Source: Trichosphaerium sp. ATCC 40318
Lineage: Eukaryota > Protista > Tubulinea
Reading direction: 5' to 3'
DNA: 64,000 bases
Assembly (NCBI GenBank): GCA_038496445.1
Contig: JALMLS010000373.1
Location: forward strand, 62,001-126,000
This document shows, one piece after another, positions 39,682 to 50,673 of the stretch. The notes beneath the pieces were generated by a model that ran no database searches, was not told the origin of the DNA, and saw only the letters and a program-made list of their open reading frames with translations. The translations under genes were made by a program, and so were the position numbers. How positions within the stretch are numbered: the stretch's first letter is position 1; each line of letters starts with the position of its first letter.

Positions 39682-42600
39682 TTATTCATCTTTTTTAATT
39701 TTATCAGCTATCTTCCTTGTAATAGCTTCAATATCAGCAAGCTCTTCAGCATCAAAATCACCGTCAGCATCAGCATCTTTAATATCTTCAACAACACTCT
39801 TCCTCTCTGCCTCAATAACATCTTCATCGCCTTCAAACCTCTCCTCATTGAAGTAAATAGAACGAGCTTCTTCCTCTGTTAACTCTCCACTATCAATCTT
39901 AGATGAAAGAACACTCTTCTTGGCTTCATCCAAATTCTTTTCTCTCATAGCCTTCTTATCTATATTGTACTGCCTCTGTACTGCCTTTCTTGTTACCTTA
40001 CCACCACTCATCTTAACACGATAAACAGCAGCTTGCTTAGGAGATAGGTTCTTCAACATGTAATCATCTTCGAAATCTTCAGGTGATTTACCTTGAACAT
40101 ACCCATCAATGAGTTCTTCATCCTTCTGATCAACATATCTATTATAAGCTTCAACCTCAGCCATAGTCTTTGCATCTTCTTCTTCTGTTGCAACAGAAGG
40201 TAGCTCTGAATAATGTCTACCCTCTTGATCAATATTAAGCATCTCAAAGGCCTTTGTATCCTCAAGAAGCTCCAAAGCATTTGAGTTTTCAATATCAACA
40301 GGAGGTTCAGGCTCTCCTCTATCTTCTTCATCGAGAATACCTTCCTTAACAGCTTCATCTTCCAATTCTTTGTATGACTTATCATAAACATCAATTTCCA
40401 TCAATCTCTCGTAATCCAAGGTGTCTTGAGACTTAACAGCCTCTCCCTTCTCTTCAAGCTCTTCCATCTCCATATCTGCAAGTTCTCTATCACTTAATTC
40501 AAGAGCAGAGTTTTCTCCTCCTCCAAGCTCTTTATTAATGAAGTCAATTTCACCAGCTGAAGATACACGATCCCTCAATTCTTGATGTTCAGCTTCTCTT
40601 AGTTCCTTCAATCTAGCATCTTCTACACGTTGAGCGTATTGTTGATCCTTATTATAACGCTATAGAGGTAAAGAGTAAGTCAAAAGTGAAGGAGATGTAT
40701 ATACAAACTGAGGAAAAAATAGGAATTAAATTGTTTTTGTTTCAAAAAAAAAAAAAGACGTACAGCAACAAGCCATGGGTTTTCTTTCTTTTCTGCTTCA
40801 GTTAATTGGATAAATGGGTTATTAATACGGAATTGTGATCCCTTATAAGAGAATAGACCCAAGTGACGAGCATGTCGGATTTTTGTTGCGACACGTTTTT
40901 GATTACTACGAGATAAACCTGGCGAAAGAAAAAAAAAGTCAGTCAAACAGTCAAGGCGATGGGGACGTTGAGCTTTGAGGATTTTTACATAAATGTTGTA
41001 AAGCGTACCTGTTATTTGGCGAGGTAGAATACGACCTGTTTTATTCATAAACCGCGCCAATAGAGCAACATTCTATTTTGAAAAAATATTAACAACAAAA
41101 AGGCGGAACAAAAAAATGAAAAAAAAATTTTAAATCGTACCATAGCATCAAGTGTATAAGAATGTCTCCATCCAGACTTGAATAAATCTTTACGCTCTAC
41201 TGTTGGTCTGTGTTTCATAAACTCTTCATATTGTAATGACCTACACAGAAATGGTTAAAATATTTTAACAAAAATGAATTCAAAAAAAAAAAACTTACTC
41301 ATCATCATAGTATTGGACTTCATCTGGAGCTATCCAAGTATGAAATTTACGCTCACCAACGGTTAGCTTATGGTCAAACTCCATAAGTTCTAATGGATCA
41401 AAAGGACGATCAGGTATCTCACGATCATCTTGATAATCTGCAAGTAAATCTGCTTCTTCTGCTTTTACATCAACAGCAGTACCGAGAGAAATTGTTTGAT
41501 CGTTATCTTCCATATTATCTTCATCAGCACCTTCTACATAGCTATCCATTTCTTCCATCTATGCACTAACATTAGTACTCACAAATAAAAATAAAAACTC
41601 TCACTAAAGCAGCAAACGCATTAAAACATTCGCTTGAAAAAAATTTCATCTCACAAAAAAATTGGGACCACAGAGCAGGTACTACACAACAAACGATAAC
41701 CACATCACTTGGTAATGTTTTCACTATGTATATGCACACATATACAGTACTCACAGTTTAAAACAAGAAGATGAAATTAAAAAAAGAAAATAAACGTACA
41801 AGCCAGCGATACGCTTTATCGACTATTTTAGGATTTCTGATAGACCAATCGGATGCAAAGTATGCTGAACGTTCTTGTACTTTCTCAATCCTTGCTGCAA
41901 GGTCATCCTACACAACAGGTAAGACATCAAAACAACGAAAGGCGAATAAGAAAAGGAAAACAAAGCGTACAAAACTCGTTGGATTAGTTTCCATGTTTTT
42001 CACAACATAGGTACGTAGGCGCTCCATAGCACCGATGGCATGGGCGTCTCTGAGTCTGTCACCTTCCTTACGCACAATGGTACCTATTGAGACGTGTCAG
42101 GCCGAGAAAAGAACCACGACAAAACGGCAAGGCTGACAAGTGAAAATACAACGAAGTATTGCCTACACCGCGTTTTAGACCTACGTACCTCCTTTTATCC
42201 CGCCGAGCAATTTATTCCAAAGACTAGCAATTGATTTATCCATCTTCCTCTCTTCGTCAGTACGCTCGTCTAGTGGGAACATCTATTGGAAAGTAAGCAC
42301 GAGTGTAAGGATGATAGAAGGGTAAAACTACTGTAAGTTCAACAATACATCACAGTGGAGCGTATCTTGGTACTGCGATAACACCACACTGTCGTTTTTG
42401 ACGTATTTAGCGAAATTGAAGTAATACGCGTAGTGTAGTTCAAATTTGACTTGCCTTCCTCAATCGCTTGCTTTTTCGCAGCTTTTGCATGTTTTTTGGT
42501 GAGTGCTCTATAATGTCTTCCTTCGGTGGCGCGTATTTATCTTCAAAGTCTTGTAGGTCCTCCATTAGCTTCATTGGTTTTGGCGCAGGATGAAGCGGCT

Positions 42601-42832
42601 TGACGATTGGGCCTTCAATATCTTCTGGCTTTGATCGTACGGGCTTGAACAAAGGTGTATATTCGTTTATAGGCTCTCTGTACTGTTTTCGTGCTGAGCT
42701 GCTCATACTACCCTCAGGTATCTCTGGGTCACTGTAAGTGCGCAAAGAGATGCGAATAGCTTTTATCTTCTTGGCACTTCTATTGTTTTGGCCTGAGCGC
42801 CCTAGCACTGCGAGGCGCTTACTGATTAACAT
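39682..42832 (-). CDS. Mitochondrial ribosomal protein bS18m with long N-terminal and acidic C-terminal extensions
   Basis: Arg-rich, acid-free presequence MLISKRLAVLGR...LRTY/S; S18 core LLARFMNKTGRILPRQITGLSRSNQKRVATKIRHARHLGLF. Confidence 0.8.
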
Positions 42833-42966
42833 TTCGCTTGTAAAGCGCTGTTGCTAGGGTTTGTAGGTGTCGCGTCCAAAAAGAATTTGAGGGAAAATAT
42901 TGCACGAAATAAGTCAACTCATGTCAAAATTTCGTTAAAACAAGCGAGCTTACAGAGTGGTTTGAC

Positions 42967-44249
42967 ATGACACAGGAGCCCTCTAACGAAGAAATTCGCA
43001 AGGCCAGTTGGGAGGGCACAGTTCCTATTACTTTTTATCTTACACCTGGTGAATGCGCAACAGCGGTTAAACCACGACCAATTTTCGTACGTTCGCATAA
43101 CGCTTGCCGTTTAGTTGATAAATTATTAATTGAGACGGTTGAAGCTACTGTAGACTGATCATTTGTTCTTAAACGCTTACTTTAACGTTGTAGTTAAACG
43201 TACCACGTAACTGTTATTTACCACAAGTCACACAAGTGCTTGAAGACACTTTTTTACCTTACACACCGAAAATTGGCGATAAGCAAATGTGGTTCGAAGC
43301 AACGCACCAATCTAACAAAGTGCCTCTTAAATGGTATTTTTATTATCCCTACAAATCCCTTATTTAACGTTATACATGCAGGCACTTCCCTGTTGGCGTA
43401 TTATACGACCTATACGCAAACGCGCAGTTACCTTGGGAGCTCAAAGTACATTTTCAGGTAAGAATTCGCATATTTGTGCGACCATTTGTTTGTTGTTACT
43501 GTCTACGTTTGAAATAATGCCCCACAACGCTTGTTTTTCTTTTCTATTTTTTTGGTTTTTTTTGACATCTCAGTAGGGTTTTCCAGCGGATAAATTACTA
43601 CGTTATGAAGGAGAGAAGGCGTTAGAAGCATTTTTTAGACAAGCAATGAAACAAGCAAATTATTTGAAATATCGTGACGTTAAGCGTATAATGAGCCTTG
43701 ACATGACTGAATCTAATGCCTTATGGGAAAGTTTCCATAAGAGTACGTTAAAATGAGAATTCTTCAGTTTTGGGCTTTTTTTATTTCAATCTCGTTATAA
43801 GTGTTTTATCTTATAATCTATAGATCAATACAGAGAGTTTTGGCGAATAAACGAGCGATTTATGGACTCTGGGCTTAATATGAGAAATGTTCCTGTTCGC
43901 GTAGTGCGTCAAAACCAACCGATTTTACAAAACCCTGCATCACCTCTAAGCGAAGATGGTACGTCTAGTGTCTTGTAAACTGTTGTAATATTTGTTTTTA
44001 TTATATTCTCTTGTTTCGAAACCAAAACTCGTCTAAACACTTCTAGGTACTGATCGTACTCTTGGTGAGGTTCTAAACATACTTCTACCAACACAATTTA
44101 CGATATCAGACGGAAGTGTTACTTGCTCTTGTAAAGTGATTATACAAGGTATAGAAGCTGATTTATCAACGCCAATATCATGGCTAGTGAATACATTATG
44201 CCATCCGGATAATTTTCTTTATGTTGTTGTTTTAGAACAGGAGAATTAA
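42967..44249 (+). CDS. ATG5: Autophagy protein 5
   Basis: WEGTVPI, PRNCYL, MWFE, PLKWHFPVGVLYD, PWELKVHF, MKQANYLK, IIQGI, HPDNFLYVVV. Confidence 0.93.
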
Positions 44250-44879
44250 ACAAACAAGATTGACTTCAATCAATTAAAAAAAAACTTGGAAAAAAAAAAG
44301 GAATAAAAAAAAAACATGTACATTTTACAACTTAGTTACACGTGTAGTTTGATCACTAATTTTGACTAAAATTTGTTACACATGCTTTGATAGGATGGGG
44401 TTGAGGCTCTCAGAGATTGAAAGTACACTCTATTATTAATACCACATGGTGTAAACAACGTGTGTAGTTTTCTTGGAGAGGAACTTACACATTTTGTTGA
44501 TGTAGCACAGCCCATGTTTGTAGAAGGTCTGTTGCATCTTATAAACCAGTATGCCAAAGGGTATTACACTCTCGATGGAACCCTACACGACATATCACGG
44601 AATAAATGGAAGTTTGCGGTTTAAACCCTTGTTAAGAATAATAACGATTAGGGTTTGGCTGCTTTTCTACGCACTGCTTTGTTGTTTTTCAATATGAATG
44701 AAGGTTCACACAATTTGTCACATGTGTACAATCGCATCACAATAAGTTAGATCAGAAACACTGTAGTTTGGAGTCTGGTGGCTGACAATTAGCCAACGCC
44801 ATCCAATTTTGCCATGGTCATAACCAAAGCTGTTAAGCTGATAACTGGTTTTAAGAGCTCTATGTACAACTGCATTTAT

Positions 44880-46012
44880 TTTAAAGCAAATAACACTTCA
44901 TGTTTTTTTATACCATTAACCCAACTACTTTTTGACTTAAGTTGGCCGTTCTCGTACCATTCTTTTTGTCACCATGTTTTTGAGAATCAAGCCACATACG
45001 TTGATACCTAAGTTGTCCATTCTCATACCATGCTTTGTCCTCACCATTTAGTTTATCATCAATTAGATTGGACAACGTTGTCAATATAAGGGAGACGCGC
45101 TTGGGAGGAAAGACGCTCAGTCTTTGGTGGCTCTAGCGTAGCCACACGAGCGGATTTATTCTACATTTAAGAACACTCGTGTGAATTGCAAATGTGTTTG
45201 AAGGAAAAATAAAGAAAAAATTTTTACAAGAAAAAGAAAAGGATTTTAGGGAGGGTGAGGGGATGTTTTGATTGCTACTCGCCATTGTTGTTGTTGTTGC
45301 CTATTGTGTCCTTCGATATTGACAGTCTTGTTCAGTCCAACCAAACGCTTGAAATGTTCCACATCTTCATTCACAAGCATAGCTTGATAGCCAAGTTGGC
45401 CATTTTCGTACCATTCTGTTGTCCTCACCATGTTGTTTATCATCAACCCAATTGATCAAATGCAGTAGTTGAATACATTGAAATTTAAGTTCTCCACTCT
45501 CATACCATTCTTTGGTTCACCATGTTCTTTACCACTAACCCACATGGCTTGGTACTTTAGTTGTCCATTTTCATACCAGTCTTTATCCTCACCATGTCGT
45601 TTACCTGCAACCCACAATGTTTGGTTTTCAATGTATCCATCTTTCGACCAGTTTGTACTTGTACCATTTTTATCACAACCCACATAACTTCTCCATTTTC
45701 ATAATAGGTTTTTGTTTCACCATGTCGTTTACCATCAATTAACATGTGTAGAAGCTTAAGTTGCCCATTGTTGAACCATTCTTTACATTCACCATTTTGT
45801 TTATCATCAACCCATTTGTCAATGCACTTTAGCTGTCCATCCTCATACCATTCCTTAGATATACCATTAATCTTACCATCAACATGTGGATATTGTGACT
45901 TGTCCGTTTTCATAAAATGAAGTGCAAAGTCCATTTGCATTTGCGTGCAGGTGTACTTTCCCACTTTTATACCATTGTATCCATTTACCTTTTTGTTGTA
46001 GTTGTTCATCAT
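44880..46012 (-). pseudogene. Decayed MORN-variant (YwqK-type) repeat gene
   Basis: WYEDGQLK/WYENGQL repeats spread over several frames with stops, and interrupted by non-MORN sequence at about 45066-45375. Confidence 0.7.
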
Positions 46013-46101
46013 ACTGTGAAGCTCTTACAAGTAACTGTGCCACTTAAACAACTTTCAGCGAATTGCTAGTTTCAGTTTAGCAACCTAGAAACATTACCAG
46101 C

Positions 46102-47051
46102 ATGGCTAACAACCATAAGGCAAACAAACCAGTAATAGTGGGTATCGCTGGACCTAGTAGAGCAGGAAAATCTTCGATTTGTAAAAAACTTGCCGGAAAA
46201 TACCCACGTTCTATTCATTTATGCCAAGATAAGTTCTTTTCGGTGAGAAGAACAACATTTCGTTAAGTTTAAACTAAAATCGTTTAGTTTAAGTCTATGA
46301 AGCGGGACAAAGTCACAAACGAACTAAATTGGGTAAGTATAAGCGATTTTGAGCGATGCGGGCGGTTAAACTGTAAATCAAAGCGCTTGACTTGTGTTTC
46401 TCTAAAACGAGCTTAAGGAGGTACCAGAGTCGTTAGATTTTGATGCAATGGCAAGAACGATTAGACGGTTTACAAAACGCAAGGAATTCGACTATATTTT
46501 TGTTGAGGGCTTTTTACTCTTTGCAGGAGATAAGAAAGTAACAAAGTTATTCGACATTAAGATTTATATATCTATTTCAAGAGAGGCACGTGATTTTCTG
46601 TTGAGAATTTTTTTGGTCTTGTCAAATGTGCCAAGACGTCAGTTTGTATCATGCACTGTTGTCTCATTTTTTATACTAATCCAATGGGTCGTTGTGTACA
46701 CCTTGAAGGATACTGAATAGATATACGTTCAATAGAGCTCTTTTAGTCTTAGTGTTTTTTTTAATTCCGGTTTTTTCTTAGGTTTGTCGGAAACGAAGGA
46801 CTGAGACCAAGCCTGTACCTGAGGGATATTTTGAAAAAGTATTATGGCCTTTTTATGTAAAGTATAATAGACCTATACTTGATAAGCCTATCCTTATTCT
46901 TGACGGTGAAGATAATCAAGCCAAAATACAAAACCAAGTTTTACAAATAATACAAAACCAACACATAGATAAGGAGAGAATTGCTAGAAGTAAGAGTATC
47001 CTAGCATCAAGGCTCAAAATTGGCCCAACAGACATGGATAGAGAGGTGTAG
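46102..47051 (+). CDS. Nicotinamide riboside kinase / uridine kinase-like P-loop kinase
   Basis: IVGIAGPSRAGKS, LCQDKFF, NWEVPESLDFD, IFVEGFLLF, CRKRR, GYFEKVLWPFY. Confidence 0.85.
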
Positions 47052-47146
47052 GCCTCTTTTTGTATAAAAACAAGTATATCTATTAACATCCACTTTTGTT
47101 TTGCAATGAACTGTAAATTTTATTCTTGTTATTAGAAAGATTGTAG

Positions 47147-49115
47147 CTAGAGGAATTGTAGTTTGTTGTGTAACCAAATTGCCTTTGATATTTTAATCAA
47201 CTTGTCTGGTGATATATCGTCTTTCGAGAAATTGTGAAAAAACTGAGAGCAATGACCTTGAAATGACATGAAATCTAAACAAAAAACCATTTAGCACAAA
47301 AACGGAAAGATCCAAACACTATTTGTCATCTTTTTCTTAGTTGATTTTACGATTCATTGGTGATATGGGTACCTTTTTTTGTATCAAATAAAGCCAAAAA
47401 TACTGCGTAACCAAACTCCATTCCTTAACAACAAAGTTAACAAGTTTCTATTAAAGTTGTTGAAACCAAAAAGTGTCAAACTGGTATTACCTTCCAAACA
47501 AATGACATCCCATATCCTGTATGTAAATGATACATGGGTAAACGTTCTATAAATAAATAAAACAAAGACTCCATAACAATACTGATACACTTCAGGAGCA
47601 GTACGCTAAGCATAATTGAAGTGAGAAGCAAACACCAAAACAAATATAACATACTTGGATTTTCTTGGCCAAAGATGGGTAATAATATTGTACTGCCTTT
47701 TCACATTTAACCTGTGATTCATCAGTGAGTATTTCTAAATGTAATAAGTATAAATAATTGTCTTAGATATAATGTATGCGTGTACTTTTGTCTTTACTTG
47801 ATCCAAAGTATCTACTATATTTATCTGAACTCATGATTGCTGCGTATGTCCAAAACGCGTGCTTAGGTTAGATAGTATGTTAGATACTGTTTCAAGTTTA
47901 AATACAATGTAATAGGGTACCTCTTCATCCATTGTTAATAGCAGAAACATTGGTATAAACGTCTGTACTACAAAAAACAATTACATCACACCTTGTTACA
48001 TTTCCGTGTACTTTGCCTGAGGGTAGTATCTTTGAATGATGTGAATGCTTTCATTATGTTCATTGTTTGATGTTGTATCCTTGAGTGGAGTTTTAGTTGT
48101 TGTCACTTTCACAATTGGTACATTTTCCCTTCACTCGTATCCAATGTATGTCTGGTAGGGCCAAAAAAACTAAATTCCCTCTTTACACATTTTGTATAAT
48201 CAAAGATCTTTCGTTGTCTGTTATCAACATCATTTAAGTACTCCTATGTTCAAGTAAGCAATTGCAGTAAAGTGTAGTGTTTACCTTGTATGTTTTTGTT
48301 GAAGACGCTTTCAGTGATTGTCCTCCAAATAGAATAAAGTATGCCTTTCCTCTCATATTTTTAGGGATCCCTTCAAAACACATGGTTTGTAACTATAAAA
48401 AAATAAATCACGTGTTTGTTGCAAACGTCAAAACAAAATCCGTTTTGGATTGATGGATCACATACACTCGCCATTTTACGTTTCCTCTCCTTTACAGGCA
48501 TACGTTGTATATCATCGTATTCATTGAGTATTATTTCAAGTTTCTTGGAGATGTTGTAGTCTCGGTTTTGACAAGAAGGAGTGTTTATACTTGATGAGTT
48601 GTTAACAGCAATTTTACAATGCAATAAAGAGTAAGAAGAACTTACAATGAAATAAAATATTTCATTTTGGCTTTAGGAAACCATTGAGAGTATTCTGATG
48701 TATTTGTGTCCAGCTCAGGTGGTCTGTACCATAACGTGGATGCGTATTTCCCTTTTGTTGCCTAAAGTCAACATGTCAATAATAATGACACTGTCAAAGG
48801 GTTATGACAAAAAACTACTTTGTCAATGATTCATTTTTTGAATCGATGAGGCTTTTAAAGTGTGGCGAAGGTGTTAAAACCGCGTGAGAATAATGTATGT
48901 GTGGCTTAGCCTTGTCAGGGCGGGTTTTTTGTTGGATAACGTACAAGTGTTTTTTCAAATAAAACGTTCCATAAGAAATCCGCCTCAGAAGCATTGCGTA
49001 GTGTTTTACATGCGCAACATGTCGCTAAATTATCATTGGAGTCTAAATACTCAAGTACACAGAGAATGAGCTCCACAGGGATATCCAGAAGGTGTAAATG
49101 ACTTGTTGATGTCAT
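47147..49115 (-). CDS. F-box + TBC (Rab-GAP) domain protein, copy A
   Basis: F-box LLDIPVELILCVLEYL...CKTLR. TBC: GIPKNMRGKAY, CVKREF, NIMKAF...RQIQTFIPMFLLL.MDEEHAFW, RIWDVICLEG. Confidence 0.82.
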
Positions 49116-49437
49116 TTAGACGTTTTTTGTTTGTGATAGCTGGCAGAAGCTGCTTCGGTTTTCGCCTGATAGTACTTTTGTTTCACGGAAACGTGGTGAC
49201 CCTTGTGAGAAGTTGACCGTCACTTTTCGTAACATTGTCAGAATTTGCCATGTGAAGGCGAGTACCTATCAATACTCAGAACTCATACAAATATTGGGGT
49301 ATAAGCTTGACTTGCGCCTCCGAAAATGTACGAAATGCAATGAGAAACTTCCACAATTCTTATCATGCTTATGGAGACTGGGTCTACAACAACAAAGTAA
49401 CAACATGTTTAACAGCTTTTAATCTTCGCTACAGCCT

Positions 49438-50618
49438 TTACAGTAACAACATTGAAATCATAGCCAATGCAATTGTAAGGAGCAATCCTACGTTAACTCT
49501 AAATCCTGGAGAAGCAGCTCTATCGGCTGTAATATCACTACATCCTGATTCACCAGCGTCCCAGAATTTCGAAGCTGTTTCATCTCTACGACTTTGACCC
49601 TCTGGTGTGAGAGTAACTTTAATCTTGAATCCAGTTCCTCTAAAATCGTCACTGGAAACAGTGACCTAAGGAGGAAATCAGACCTTGGGAAAAAACTGAC
49701 TAAAACTCCAATAACGTTACCGTTTCACTTCCTGATCCAGCGTTTACTAAGACTTCTGTATGCGATATATAGTCAAACGATGTAGTGAATAGAGAAACAC
49801 CTAGAACGATAGAGTTAATGGGCTTCAGCCAAAAGGAAAAGTACGAAAAGAACGAGAATATAGAGTGTCAACTTACGCATGTCTTGCGTCAGCGTGCTAG
49901 TGTAGTCAACTTTTACAGAGACGGAAGAGCCTGATACTGTATTTATAGCATCGTTAATGCATACTTGGTTGACCAGAGCTGATCCTTGCGGAGGTGCTAT
50001 TGTAGGTGGACTTGCTGTTGGAGCTGGAGGTGGTGGAGGTGGGGATGTTCCTGTACCCGAATCCGTGCAAGATGTTGATATCTCAAAGTCTCCAAAGTAA
50101 AGGTACATCGTTTGAGTAGGCCCCCACGATCTTGATCCTAATAAATTAATGAGCAAGTGTACAAAATTATTGTTCTTTTGAAAAGAAATCACACGTGCCT
50201 CCATAGAACGTGTTGAAGAATATCCCTTTGTGAACAATATCATCAGTTCTTCTCCATTGTAAGTCTTCTTGATCCATCTTAAGAGCTCCATCAACCCAAA
50301 CACGTGCACGTCCATTTGAACTTGAACCAGTATTCAAAGTAATCTCTTGTTGGTATAAATGGTACTGATTATCAGCAGGAAACTGCCATCTTCCACGACC
50401 AAGAGATTTGCCAAAATCAGGGTTACAAATATTTTTTGGGTCATCGCATACTCTACAAACACATGTCACAAAGAGAGGTTGCGAGTAGCGAGCAAGAGTG
50501 AGTTTCGGGTGCGCGTTAACTGTCTTTTTTGAACAAAAATTGAAAACATCATTACGCACGTGCTAGATGGTTGTGGCATGTATCCGTATATCTCTCCGTC
50601 GCCATCTGTTCTCCACAT
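49438..50618 (-). pseudogene. 5'-truncated inverted copy of the PL14 lyase gene
   Basis: Starts at the internal MWRTDGDGEIYGY, lacks the signal peptide and GGKLPG exons, and is otherwise open to the same stop codon. Confidence 0.85.
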
Positions 50619-50673
50619 TTAAACTCAGTGTGATTACGAAAAACTGTGCTAAATTCCATAATTTCAAAACGAT

